Positions 1 through 9,581 are shown, counted from the stretch's first letter. The stretch is 64,000 nt of DNA from an archaeon (GCA_038046645.1 JBBSVU010000016.1:11998-75997); one strand, 5' to 3'. The notes: generated by a model from the sequence alone, not told the origin. Program-made: numbers and translations.

Positions 1-2069
1 GAATTATTTTCACTTAATACTGCGGTTCCTTTTACATAATAGAGCCTTTTTTCATTGGTTTTATGGTTCTGAATTATAACAGTGTTCTTCACAATAGGCA
101 CCAATTCAAGCAGAGTATCCATTCCTGTGCAATCTAAAGCCTCACAAATTGCTTTTACATGCTCTGCAGGAATCTTGCTTAAATTAGCCTGAAGTTCCTT
201 TTGTTTTTCAATTGTGCTTAACATGAATTGTGCTGCATCACAGAAATAGTTGTTGCAAGTATCTGCATTTATATTCTTAACATCCCAATCCCACAATATT
301 CTGTCTAACCCATATTTCTGATAAGCATCTTGGCCGGTTTCTGCAGTCTCCATGCCTGCACAGAACAAAGCGCTTTTTTTGACTGCTGGTTCACTGGCTG
401 CAGCTGCAGCTTTAACCACAGCTTCTTTCCTTTCATCTAAATCAGCTTTTGCTTCTTCTTTCACTTCTTTCTTTATAATGCATTTGAAATCCTTGCATTC
501 TTTTTTATCATCTGCACAGTCCTCATTAGTTATGCACTGCCCCTTTTTGCACATTTTTTCATAACATACTTCGTCTGTTTTACATTCTGCTTTTTCTGTA
601 CAGCTGCCTCTTTTTTTGCAAAAATTATTTACACAGTTTTCGCCTGCAGGGCAACAATTGTTGTTTGAACATTGAGTTCCCGGAGCTACTAAACAATATT
701 TTTTCCCGCCTTCTTTGAATGGTTCGCAGATGTTTGATGCACATTGAGCTGCTGTTAAACAATTAGTTCCACATTGTAATTTTGGCACACATTTCTGTTT
801 AGAACAGAAGTATCCTGCCTCACACAATTCATCCTTTAAGCATTCTACACACTTCAGTTTTGCACTGCAAACCCCAACCTCTATTGTTTCTGATTGTGTG
901 CCCCAATATTGGCAACCATCATTCTCTTTTTTGCCTTCACATGGCTCTTTTGGTTTTTCTTTAGCTTTTTCAATACAACTGCCATTATCACATTTTTCAG
1001 TTTCCTTACAATGTGCATCCCCCAAACAAAGCACGCATTGCAGTTCAGCATCGCAGTATCCAGTAATTTCTAGTTCTTTATTTATTTCACAAACATTTCC
1101 TGCGCTGACACAAGGGCTTGCGGTTTTTTCCCCTAAATATCCTGCCTGTGCAAGCCAATCATCAGCAAGTGCTTCTGATACATAAGTATTAAGCAAAAGA
1201 AGCGTTGATGGCTGCCCTGATTTTTGATAAGCAGTTTCATCCAACCTTTTGAAAAACATTCCCATGACATAATCATATTTTTTGCAGAATAGCCTGCTTT
1301 TTCTGATTATGGTTTGTTCCTCAGGGTATTTGAATTCAGTGTCATTCCTTACCAAAAGCCCGTCATATACTATGCCTTCTCCATTTCTATTCCAGCAATT
1401 AAACATATACCTTACCGAATCTTCATAATTTGGGCCAGCCATATCCTTATTTTCTTCAACCTCGCTCTTGTCTGGTTTTGTTTTTAAATAATCATAAAAC
1501 GGGATTGTGAAATTTATTGCTGTATCAGTGCCATTTTTATTTACTGCGGCAGTCATTGAATATTGTGAAACAGATGCTTTTACAAACCTCAATACTTTAT
1601 CTTTTGGGTTTGTTTCATCAGCAGCACAAGCCAGCATCTTTATTTCTTCCTTTTTCTTTCCTTTTACTTCAGCAGCATGCTCTGTTTTGTACTGTTCAAT
1701 AAGGCTTTCTACATAGGGATCATACTTTCCGCCACTTTGGGCTCCCATTTCGCAAAAATCAAATATAATTTCCTGTACCTTCTGTTGATTTAGCGTTAAC
1801 AATACCAAGGAAAGTTCCTTGCTAGCCTTGTCTGTAATTGATATTTTAACCGTGTTATCAATTTCATATCCTAAATTGCTTGGATTGACAATTGAATAGG
1901 TAGGCAATAACCTGCTCTCTCCTTCTACTAATTGGCCAAATTCAGTAGGATATGTATTGCCCGCATTTACGTTAACTAATGCTTTTATCTGCCCTCTGCC
2001 GTAAACATCCCCAATAAATACACTAAAAAATAGTACTAACAATAACCCAATCCAAACCTTATTCTTCAT
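1..2069 (-). CDS. Secreted Cys-rich protein carrying the 'ETG..DRILWDW..CDAxQF' domain (3' end outside window; not in ORF track)
   Basis: Hand-translated open frame from ATG 2069 (MKNKVWIGLLLVLFFSVFIG, signal-like) to the window edge; Cys-rich repeats at ~480-1110; LFCAGMETAETGQDAYQKYGLDRILWDWD..CNNYFCDAAQF from 368 downward. Confidence 0.85.
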   Translation of the reverse strand, partial: MKNKVWIGLLLVLFFSVFIGDVYGRGQIKALVNVNAGNTYPTEFGQLVEGESRLLPTYSIVNPSNLGYEIDNTVKISITDKASKELSLVLLTLNQQKVQEIIFDFCEMGAQSGGKYDPYVESLIEQYKTEHAAEVKGKKKEEIKMLACAADETNPKDKVLRFVKASVSQYSMTAAVNKNGTDTAINFTIPFYDYLKTKPDKSEVEENKDMAGPNYEDSVRYMFNCWNRNGEGIVYDGLLVRNDTEFKYPEEQTIIRKSRLFCKKYDYVMGMFFKRLDETAYQKSGQPSTLLLLNTYVSEALADDWLAQAGYLGEKTASPCVSAGNVCEINKELEITGYCDAELQCVLCLGDAHCKETEKCDNGSCIEKAKEKPKEPCEGKKENDGCQYWGTQSETIEVGVCSAKLKCVECLKDELCEAGYFCSKQKCVPKLQCGTNCLTAAQCASNICEPFKEGGKKYCLVAPGTQCSNNNCCPAGENCVNNFCKKRGSCTEKAECKTDEVCYEKMCKKGQCITNEDCADDKKECKDFKCIIKKEVKEEAKADLDERKEAVVKAAAAASEPAVKKSALFCAGMETAETGQDAYQKYGLDRILWDWDVKNINADTCNNYFCDAAQFMLSTIEKQKELQANLSKIPAEHVKAICEALDCTGMDTLLELVPIVKNTVIIQNHKTNEKRLYYVKGTAVLSENN

Positions 2070-2694
2070 TAGGTAATCCCTCCCCTATTGCTAAGCAATT
2101 TTCTTCTATTGTAACTATATAATCTTTTAACTCATAATAGTTAATAAATGCTTCGTCTTCATCTTCTAGGTAATTTTCAAGCCCTAATTCCTGATTTTCT
2201 GTAGGGTGCGCTACTACATATTCTTCTAATTTTTTATTGTTCTCAAGGACTAAATTATAGGCATTTTCATTATCTTGGATGGTGTTATCTAAAAGATTAA
2301 GGTTCTCGCATAATCCTTTGCTGCTTAATTTCAGCAATGTTTCTTCACCCTTTTTCAGCTTTGACTGCACTTTTAATTCATCAAGCAAAGCAACATACAA
2401 ATCAACCAAATCAGCCAGTGCTTTATTGTCAGCGTTTTTTGCCTGCAAATCCAGCAAGTCTGCCTTTGCTGTTTCCACTTTTTCTTCACTTAACACAGCC
2501 AATTTGGATTCGCTGACTGTTTCAAAAGCTACTTCATTGCTTGCAAGAATATTATTTGCAGAATTTGCCAATGCTGCAAACCCTTTTTTATCCGCAGTCT
2601 GCCCTTTTGGCAGGTTCCACAAAACATAAACTGCGGCAATAACCACAATTATTGCCAATATCCCATATACAAATCTTTTTTCCATATATACCAT
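2059..2694 (-). CDS. N-terminally membrane-anchored helical hypothetical protein
   Basis: 211 aa; N-terminal TM helix; acidic helical body; overlaps the start of the downstream gene. Confidence 0.75.
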   Translation of the reverse strand: MVYMEKRFVYGILAIIVVIAAVYVLWNLPKGQTADKKGFAALANSANNILASNEVAFETVSESKLAVLSEEKVETAKADLLDLQAKNADNKALADLVDLYVALLDELKVQSKLKKGEETLLKLSSKGLCENLNLLDNTIQDNENAYNLVLENNKKLEEYVVAHPTENQELGLENYLEDEDEAFINYYELKDYIVTIEENCLAIGEGLPNEE

Positions 2695-2733
2695 CCTTCC
2701 TTGAGAATTGTTTAGTTGTTTTATATATTACTT

Positions 2734-3885
2734 TTATTTAATATAAATATATTTGTTTCTCAGCATAATGAGTTTTTTGATTAAACTGGCAGTATATAAC
2801 TTGTTTTTTGGCTTATTGACCTTAAGCTTAGTTGTTTTGCTTTTTTGTGCTTGCCCTGACCCTGCGGTATTGTTATTCTTTTGTGTTTGATTATTGCCTG
2901 CAATAGTTACCAGACCAGTGCTATTCTGTGCTGAGTTTGTAGAAGTAGTTGCAGTGTTTTGTGTTGAGCTTGAATTAGAATTAGTTGCATTTGCCGTAGT
3001 GCTGCTTTGTGTTGAAGCTGAATTATTATTTGCCGTATTTGTTGTACTACTATTATTTTGAGCCAGTGTAGGATTTGAAGTATTTTCAGTATTTTGAGTT
3101 TGGGTATTATTCCCAGTATTTACATTAGCATCATTTGTTTGATTTCCAGTATTTGAATTATTATCCGTATTTTGTGTTTGCCCTGATGTGTTATTATTTA
3201 CATCATTGTTAGTTGCACCATTATTTACATCGGCGTTATTTGCATTATTGTTTGTATCTTGAGCAGGGTTTTCTGGTTGTGCAACTACCGAATTTTTATA
3301 ACTTGCATAATGCCCGACTATCACCCTATCAATATAGGTATTGGAATAAGCATTAACCGAACCAGCATCAACATCCTGCCAGCCGTATCTGTATGCACTG
3401 GCTGTTTTGTATAAATCATTTGAATAATAAGTCAATAGGGATTTCAAATACCAGCAGCCTCGGTCGATATTTTCTTGAGCATTGTATGCATCATTCATAA
3501 TAGGGGCATCTTCATATTTTGCTGTTGAGGGCATATTCCATTGCCAATCCACTGTTGACACTGTTGGAACCCCGGCAATCCATTCGCCTGTCAATTGGAA
3601 TAAACCTTTTCCATAATATTGCCCAAACCAGTTGGTTTCCCCTACCTCGTATGATGTTTTTTCAGATTGATTCACTGCATTTGGATTGAAGTCAGACTCC
3701 AGTTTTATGATGGCAGCGATAAAATAAGGGTCATCTATGCCATATTTTTCTGTGCAAATACTTACTATATCATTCCAATATACTTCAATAGGTTCGCTTT
3801 CAATCTTTGCAGGTATTTGATAATCATAAGCAAATCCGCCTGAAAGCAATGCCAGCAGAAAAATGGCCGTTATATATAGTTTCAT
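2734..3885 (-). CDS. Secreted lytic transglycosylase (SLT domain) with N/T/Q-rich stalk and basic C-terminus
   Basis: Signal peptide; AAIIKLESDFNPNA (catalytic Glu), GKGLFQL, NIDRGCWYL and ASAYRYG correspond to the SLT motifs. Confidence 0.85.
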   Translation of the reverse strand: MKLYITAIFLLALLSGGFAYDYQIPAKIESEPIEVYWNDIVSICTEKYGIDDPYFIAAIIKLESDFNPNAVNQSEKTSYEVGETNWFGQYYGKGLFQLTGEWIAGVPTVSTVDWQWNMPSTAKYEDAPIMNDAYNAQENIDRGCWYLKSLLTYYSNDLYKTASAYRYGWQDVDAGSVNAYSNTYIDRVIVGHYASYKNSVVAQPENPAQDTNNNANNADVNNGATNNDVNNNTSGQTQNTDNNSNTGNQTNDANVNTGNNTQTQNTENTSNPTLAQNNSSTTNTANNNSASTQSSTTANATNSNSSSTQNTATTSTNSAQNSTGLVTIAGNNQTQKNNNTAGSGQAQKSKTTKLKVNKPKNKLYTASLIKKLIMLRNKYIYIK

Positions 3886-3995
3886 TTATCGCACCATATT
3901 TAACAAAATAATACTTGTTTTAATATGTTTTGTGCTTTACTAATGTGTTACATAATTTTTTAATTGTGTAGCAGTTTAGCAAGAATGTGAATTAA

Positions 3996-4649
3996 ATGCC
4001 GTTAAACCTTATTTTTTTAGGCGCACCAGGATCTGGAAAAGGTTCGGTTGCAAAGCATTTAACCTTAGATTTAAATATTCCTCATATTTCAACCGGCGAT
4101 ATCCTGCGTGAAGAAATAAAAAAAGGTTCAGATTTGGGGAAAAAAGTCCAAAATATTGTTTCAAGCGGAACTTTGGTTGACGATCAGACTGTTGCAGATA
4201 TAATAGATAAAAGAATTTTGGAAAAGGATTGTTCGCAGGGCTTTATGCTTGATGGCTATCCTAGAACAATAAATCAAGCGAAATTGTTGCAGGAAATAAT
4301 GGAAAAGCAGAAAAAGAAAATTGCTGCAGTTATTTCCTTAAATGTCCCTGATGCCACAATAATAAAAAGGCTTTCAGGAAGGTTCTCCTGTTCAAAATGC
4401 TTATTGCAGTATAATATTTACACGCTAATGCCGCCAAAGAAATCCGGCATTTGTGATTCTTGTGGCGGACAATTAATTCAAAGGGCTGATGACAATCCTG
4501 AAACAGTGAAAAAAAGGCTTGAGATTTATAAAAAGGATACTCAGCCGTTAATTGATTATTACAAAAAGATTCATTTATTGAAGGAAGTAAATGCAGACGG
4601 TTCTATTGAAGAAAATGCTGTTGCAGTAAAGAAAGTCCTTAAGTTATAA
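3996..4649 (+). CDS. adk: Adenylate kinase, bacterial type with Zn-binding LID
   Basis: GAPGSGKG, HISTGDILR, LDGYPR, CSKC..CDSC, QRADD. Confidence 0.95.
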   Translation: MPLNLIFLGAPGSGKGSVAKHLTLDLNIPHISTGDILREEIKKGSDLGKKVQNIVSSGTLVDDQTVADIIDKRILEKDCSQGFMLDGYPRTINQAKLLQEIMEKQKKKIAAVISLNVPDATIIKRLSGRFSCSKCLLQYNIYTLMPPKKSGICDSCGGQLIQRADDNPETVKKRLEIYKKDTQPLIDYYKKIHLLKEVNADGSIEENAVAVKKVLKL

Positions 4650-4690
4650 TTATAAACAACAGAAACATTCTGTTTTGTGTGGGTACTAAT

Positions 4691-5206
4691 ATGTTAATTT
4701 TGGTTTGTGGATTGCCTGGTTCTGGGAAAACTGTTTTTTCGAAGAAATTGGCGAATAAAATAAATTCAATTTATTTGAATACTGATATTGTGAGGAAACG
4801 CTTGTTTGAAACCCCTGCTTACTCAAATGAGGAAAAAGAGAAAATTTACTCGCGGATGCTGGACATGGCGGATTTTGCATTAAAGCAAGGAAAGGATGTT
4901 GTCCTTGATGGCACTTTTTATAAAGAATCATTAAGAAAAAGCGCAGTTTCAATTGCAAAGAACAATTCAGAGAAATACCTTATCATAGAGTGCATTGCAG
5001 CTGAAAAAACAGTGAAGCTTTGGCTGCAAAAAAGGGCAAAGAAGAAATCAGCAAGCGATGCCGATTTTTCAGTTTATGAAAGAATCAAAAAAGAATATCA
5101 TCCAATAAAGGAAAAACACTTCATATTTAAAACAGACAAGACATTTTCAACCCAATTCAATAAACTTTTAGCTGAAATAAAAAAACTAAAATCAGAAAAG
5201 AAATAA
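4691..5206 (+). CDS. AAA_33 family P-loop kinase
   Basis: CGLPGSGKT, DIVRK, VVLDGTF, SDADF; ATG 4691 preferred as start. Confidence 0.85.
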   Translation: MLILVCGLPGSGKTVFSKKLANKINSIYLNTDIVRKRLFETPAYSNEEKEKIYSRMLDMADFALKQGKDVVLDGTFYKESLRKSAVSIAKNNSEKYLIIECIAAEKTVKLWLQKRAKKKSASDADFSVYERIKKEYHPIKEKHFIFKTDKTFSTQFNKLLAEIKKLKSEKK

Positions 5207-5278
5207 TTCGTTGTTTAACAATATAAAATAAATTTTGATACTGGAAAATAAATGATTGATTTTTGAAGGTAGAAGCAA

Positions 5279-6283
5279 ATGATTTCTGATTCTAATTTGG
5301 ATTCGCTTCTGAGAAAAGATGCTTACCCCCATGAAATCTCAACGATCTCGCGCATTGATACCCATATTTCCTGGATTTTTCTTACAGGCTCTTTTGTTTA
5401 CAAAATAAAAAAACCAATGAAATTCACTTTTTTGGATTTTTCCACCCTTGAAAAAAGGAAATTTTTTTGCGAAGAGGAAATCCACTTAAATAGGAGGCTT
5501 TCCCCTGAAATTTATTTGGATGTTGTCCCACTTTGTGAGCAAAACGGATTTTTGAATTTCAAAAATCAGGGAAAAGTTATTGATTATGCCGTTAAATTAA
5601 AACAGTTGCCTTCTGAGAAAAAAATGGATTTGCTTTTGAAAGATAAAAAAGTAAAAAAAGAGCATATTGAAAAGCTTGCAGGGATTATTTCAGAATTCCA
5701 CAGCAAGGTTGATGCAATAAAAGATCCAAAATACGGAAATCCTGAAATTGTAAAATCGCAGATTGATGATTTAAGCACAGTAAAGCCAACAATAGATAAG
5801 GAGCTTTCTTTAGGAAGCAAGATTGACAGTATTTTGGAAAAATGCGATTCCTTTATTGATAAAAACAAATCGCTGTTTGTAAAAAGGCAGCTTTCTGGCA
5901 AAATAAAAGACTGCCATGGTGATTTGCATTCAGCAAATATCTTTATTGCTGACAAAATTTATGTTTTTGACTGCATTGAATTCAACACTGATTTCCGCTA
6001 TATTGATACAGCAAGCGAGATAGCATTTATGTGCATGGATTTGGATTATTTCAAGCAGGAAAAATTGTCAAAAGCATTTGTTGATTCTTATGTTTCACAA
6101 ACAGGCGATTCAGAATTGCTAAAGCTTTTGGATCTGTACAAAAGTTACAGGGCAAATGTCCGCGCTAAGGTTGCTTCTTTAGAACTTCTGCATCCAATTT
6201 CAGAAAAGCAGAAAAAATCAGCTTTGGAAAGAATTGCCAAGTATCTAGATTTGGCTGAAGGATATAGTAAACGCCTAAGTTGA
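5279..6283 (+). CDS. Aminoglycoside-phosphotransferase-like kinase (COG2187 type)
   Basis: THISWIFL, YKIKKP, LNRRLSP, DCHGDLH, FDCIEFN. Confidence 0.85.
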   Translation: MISDSNLDSLLRKDAYPHEISTISRIDTHISWIFLTGSFVYKIKKPMKFTFLDFSTLEKRKFFCEEEIHLNRRLSPEIYLDVVPLCEQNGFLNFKNQGKVIDYAVKLKQLPSEKKMDLLLKDKKVKKEHIEKLAGIISEFHSKVDAIKDPKYGNPEIVKSQIDDLSTVKPTIDKELSLGSKIDSILEKCDSFIDKNKSLFVKRQLSGKIKDCHGDLHSANIFIADKIYVFDCIEFNTDFRYIDTASEIAFMCMDLDYFKQEKLSKAFVDSYVSQTGDSELLKLLDLYKSYRANVRAKVASLELLHPISEKQKKSALERIAKYLDLAEGYSKRLS

Positions 6284-6322
6284 TTAAATACATTTAAAAA
6301 AGGTTTTAGAAATCTATTATTT

Positions 6323-6496
6323 ATAGCTAAGATTAAGCGTTGTAATAAAACAGAATTGGTTACTATGCCCAGAGAAGAGTATGAAACACTAGTTGAAGCA
6401 TTACAGTTATTGTCTGATAAAGGCCTGCTTAGTGAATTGACCGAGAGGGAGAAAACTATCCTTGAAGGCAAGTATCTTTCTTTGAAAGATTTGTGA
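6323..6496 (+). CDS. Small antitoxin-like protein (Phd/RelB-like C-terminus); start ATA 6323 or ATG 6365
   Basis: Hand translation IAKIKRCNKTELVTMPREEYETLVEALQLLSDKGLLSELTEREKTILEGKYLSLKDL; TATA-like TTTAAA about 25 nt upstream. Confidence 0.5.
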   Translation: MAKIKRCNKTELVTMPREEYETLVEALQLLSDKGLLSELTEREKTILEGKYLSLKDL

Positions 6497-6593
6497 TAAT
6501 TCCTTATGTATAAAATATAAAGTGCAAAAAGCGTTTATCTGCCTAAGCAAACCTTTATAATTGGTTTTGCCTATTTATTTAGTGTGATGTACG

Positions 6594-6791
6594 ATGAGCA
6601 TACGTATTACTTTAACCTTGGATGAAACAGTCATAAAAAAAATAAAGGAGCTTAGCCCGCACAATATTTCTTCCTTTGTTAATTCTCATTTGAAACACTG
6701 TTTGTTTGAGAAAAAGGAAGGGATGGCCGGAATTTTAGCAGGCAAGGTTTCAACAAAAGATATATCCGAGGATGACGAGCATGCAATTTAG
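6594..6791 (+). CDS. RHH-type antitoxin (VapB-like)
   Basis: RITLTLDETVIKKIK..NISSFVN; overlaps the PIN gene. Confidence 0.75.
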   Translation: MSIRITLTLDETVIKKIKELSPHNISSFVNSHLKHCLFEKKEGMAGILAGKVSTKDISEDDEHAI

Positions 6792-7152
6792 ATATATTGC
6801 AGATACCTATGCCTGGATTGCATATTTTAACAAGAAAAAATTTAAGGGCATAATAGAGAAAGAGATTGTTGATACCCCTACAGTAGTTATTGCTGAACTT
6901 ATGAGAACCTTGGTTAAAAAAAATGTGAGTACAAAGGTTATTGAAAATATTATGGCCTATGTATCCAGCAAAGGTTTGATTTTGCCTTTAACTATTGAAG
7001 AAGCAAAAAAATCAGGGATAATTGCACAAAAGGAATCACTTCCTCTTTTTGACGCTATAGTGTACTCATATGTTGTTGAAGAAAAAGATAGGCTCTTAAC
7101 CGGCGACGAGCATTTTAAAAACAAGAAGCAAGTCATATTTGAAAAGGAATAA
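6781..7152 (+). CDS. vapC: PIN-domain toxin (VapC)
   Basis: YIADTYAWIAYF, VIAEL, LFDAIV, LLTGDEHF. Confidence 0.85.
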   Translation: MQFRYIADTYAWIAYFNKKKFKGIIEKEIVDTPTVVIAELMRTLVKKNVSTKVIENIMAYVSSKGLILPLTIEEAKKSGIIAQKESLPLFDAIVYSYVVEEKDRLLTGDEHFKNKKQVIFEKE

Positions 7153-7165
7153 TTGCGGTGGTAGG

Positions 7166-8416
7166 ATGAAAGATTACAATGTAAAGGATATGAAGTTAGC
7201 AGATCAGGGTTTAATGAATATTGAATATGCAGAATCGCAGATGGGTGCATTATTGCAAGTGCAAGAACGTTTTAAAAAAGAAAAGCCATTTAATGGGATG
7301 AAAATCGGGATGGCTTTGCATGTTACAAAAGAAACTGCTGTTTTAGTAAAAGCCCTTATTGCAGGAGGGGCAAAGGTTGCCATAACTGGTTGTAATCCTT
7401 TATCAACACAAGATGATGTCGCAGCTGCGCTCGCAAAGCTCGGGGTAAATGTTTATGCCTGGAAAGGGGAATCTACCAAAGAATATTATGAAAATTTAAA
7501 TGCTGTCCTTGATTTTGAGCCGAATGCAACAATTGATGATGGCTGCGATTTAGTTACGGAAATCCACCTTAAAAGGCCGCAATTGATTAAGGATATTGTT
7601 GTCGGGACAGAAGAAACTACAACCGGAGTAATAAGATTAAGGGCAATGGAAAAAGACCATGCTTTGAAATATCCAGTTGTTGCTGTCAATGACAATAAAA
7701 CAAAGCATTTAGTAGATAACTTCTACGGAACTGGACAGAGTACTATTGATGGTTTATTAAGGGCAAGCAATACTCTTTTTGCAGGCAAGAATTTTGTTGT
7801 CTGTGGCTATGGTGATTGTGGCAAGGGATTAGCGCAAAGGGCAAAAGGCATGTCCTCAAATGTTATTGTCTGTGAGGCAGATTCTTTCAGGGCATTGCAG
7901 GCTTCTTTAGACGGTTTTAGGGTAATGCCTATTTTAGAAGCTGCTGAATTAGGTGATATTTTTATCACAGTTACAGGAAATAAAAATGTCATTCGCTGGG
8001 AGCATATGAAAAAAATGAAATCCGGTACAATTTTGGCAAATTCCGGTCATTTCGATGCAGAGATTGATGTTAAAGCATTGAAAGATAATGCAAAATCCTG
8101 CAGAAGAATTAGGCCTCAGTTTGATGAATATGTTTTGCCAAACGGAAATAAAATATTCCTTGCAGGAGAAGGCCGCTTAGTGAATTTAGCTGTAGCAGAA
8201 GGCCATCCTTCAACAGTCATGTCTTTAAGTTTCTGCGGTCAGGCTTTAGCTGTTGAATACGGTGTGAAAAATAAATTAACACCAGCAGTTCACACATTGC
8301 CATTATCAGTTGATGATATGATTTCTGATTTGCAATTAAAAGTAATGGGAATTAGAAAAGATGTTTTGACTGAAGAGCAGAAAAAATATTTAGGTTCATG
8401 GAAGGAAGGGACATAA
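7166..8416 (+). CDS. ahcY: Adenosylhomocysteinase
   Basis: CNPLSTQD, EETTTG, GYGDCGKG, NSGHFD, GRLVNL, GHP. Confidence 0.97.
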   Translation: MKDYNVKDMKLADQGLMNIEYAESQMGALLQVQERFKKEKPFNGMKIGMALHVTKETAVLVKALIAGGAKVAITGCNPLSTQDDVAAALAKLGVNVYAWKGESTKEYYENLNAVLDFEPNATIDDGCDLVTEIHLKRPQLIKDIVVGTEETTTGVIRLRAMEKDHALKYPVVAVNDNKTKHLVDNFYGTGQSTIDGLLRASNTLFAGKNFVVCGYGDCGKGLAQRAKGMSSNVIVCEADSFRALQASLDGFRVMPILEAAELGDIFITVTGNKNVIRWEHMKKMKSGTILANSGHFDAEIDVKALKDNAKSCRRIRPQFDEYVLPNGNKIFLAGEGRLVNLAVAEGHPSTVMSLSFCGQALAVEYGVKNKLTPAVHTLPLSVDDMISDLQLKVMGIRKDVLTEEQKKYLGSWKEGT

Positions 8417-8498
8417 GCCCTTTCTTTTATTTTTTCCTTCATTTTAGGGTAAAGTGTTAATTCTTTTTATCTGTTTCCGGATAACGTGCCAATTCTTT

Positions 8499-9041
8499 TT
8501 ATTTATTTTCCCTATTTAACCTTGCCTTTTCTTTCCTTAACCATTCTTCAAATCTTTCATCATCCTTTATTATTTCTTCAAGAATTCCACTTACTATTTC
8601 ATAATGTTTTTTGTTTTTCCCATCAAGCCTGAAATAAAGAGGCCCTTGCGAACTGGTTGAACCGCCAGAGCCAACCTTTAATATTAGGCTTATTGGCTTT
8701 GGATTTTCCAGAAAAGCACTCATTGCTTCTTTCGGTTTCAGGTATTCCGGATGTTTCTCAAGGTTTTTTATTGGCAAGCATACCTGGACAGAATCAGTTG
8801 CCCTCACATTTAGGAATCTTTTTAGCCCAGCATTCCTGCTTATGCCCACATTCCATTTTTTATTAGACCTTTCATAATGCCCAGCATATTTTATTGGGCA
8901 ATTGTAATGCATGTGCATATCTTGGGGCGATGCACCAAACCTGTTTCTCTTGAGTATCTGCCATACAATGCTCCTCTGAGCAGGCCCATGGTCTGCTTTC
9001 CGTCTTTCCCTTTTCATTCTAAATGGTTTTTTTGTAGGCAT
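8499..9041 (-). CDS. Basic orphan protein, LNVRxxD family copy 1
   Basis: Shares RRK..GP..RS, RFG, LNVRATD.V.VC.PI and YFRLDG with 9099-9581 and 53987-54448. Confidence 0.75.
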   Translation of the reverse strand: MPTKKPFRMKRERRKADHGPAQRSIVWQILKRNRFGASPQDMHMHYNCPIKYAGHYERSNKKWNVGISRNAGLKRFLNVRATDSVQVCLPIKNLEKHPEYLKPKEAMSAFLENPKPISLILKVGSGGSTSSQGPLYFRLDGKNKKHYEIVSGILEEIIKDDERFEEWLRKEKARLNRENK

Positions 9042-9098
9042 ATCTGAACATAGAATATTGTGTTCAATTAGAAATAAAAATAGAAGGGATTATATTAT

Positions 9099-9581
9099 TC
9101 ACGTTTTTTTCATATCCCTTTGCGCTAATGTTTCAAGCACTTTGCCCACTATTTCAGGGTGCTTTGCCCCATCCAACCTAAAGAAAAGCGTTCCAAAAAA
9201 ATCATTGCCCGGAACCTTTACAAGCAGGGTTATTTCTTCTTTATTTTCCCTAAAAATTTCCAAAGCTTTTTCAGACTCTAAATATGCCGGATTCTTTCCA
9301 ATATTATATATTGGTGAGCATACCTCAACTTTATCAGTTTCCCTTACGTTTAGCACTTCTTTTAATTCATCCAACCCTTTGAGATTATATTTGCTTGGCG
9401 CTCTCGCAAATATCCCGGAAAAATGTGTTGCACTGCTTTTTTTTGTAAGTACACTTTGATATGGTGCGCCAAACCTGGCTTTTTTTGAAAAAAATCTGAT
9501 AAGTTTGCTTCTTGAATTAGGCCCGTAGTTTACTTTCCTTCTTTCCCTTTTTCTTGCAACAGGTTTTTTTATAGTAGGCAT
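9099..9581 (-). CDS. Basic orphan protein, LNVRxxD family copy 2
   Basis: Tandem paralog of 8499-9041. Confidence 0.75.
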   Translation of the reverse strand: MPTIKKPVARKRERRKVNYGPNSRSKLIRFFSKKARFGAPYQSVLTKKSSATHFSGIFARAPSKYNLKGLDELKEVLNVRETDKVEVCSPIYNIGKNPAYLESEKALEIFRENKEEITLLVKVPGNDFFGTLFFRLDGAKHPEIVGKVLETLAQRDMKKT

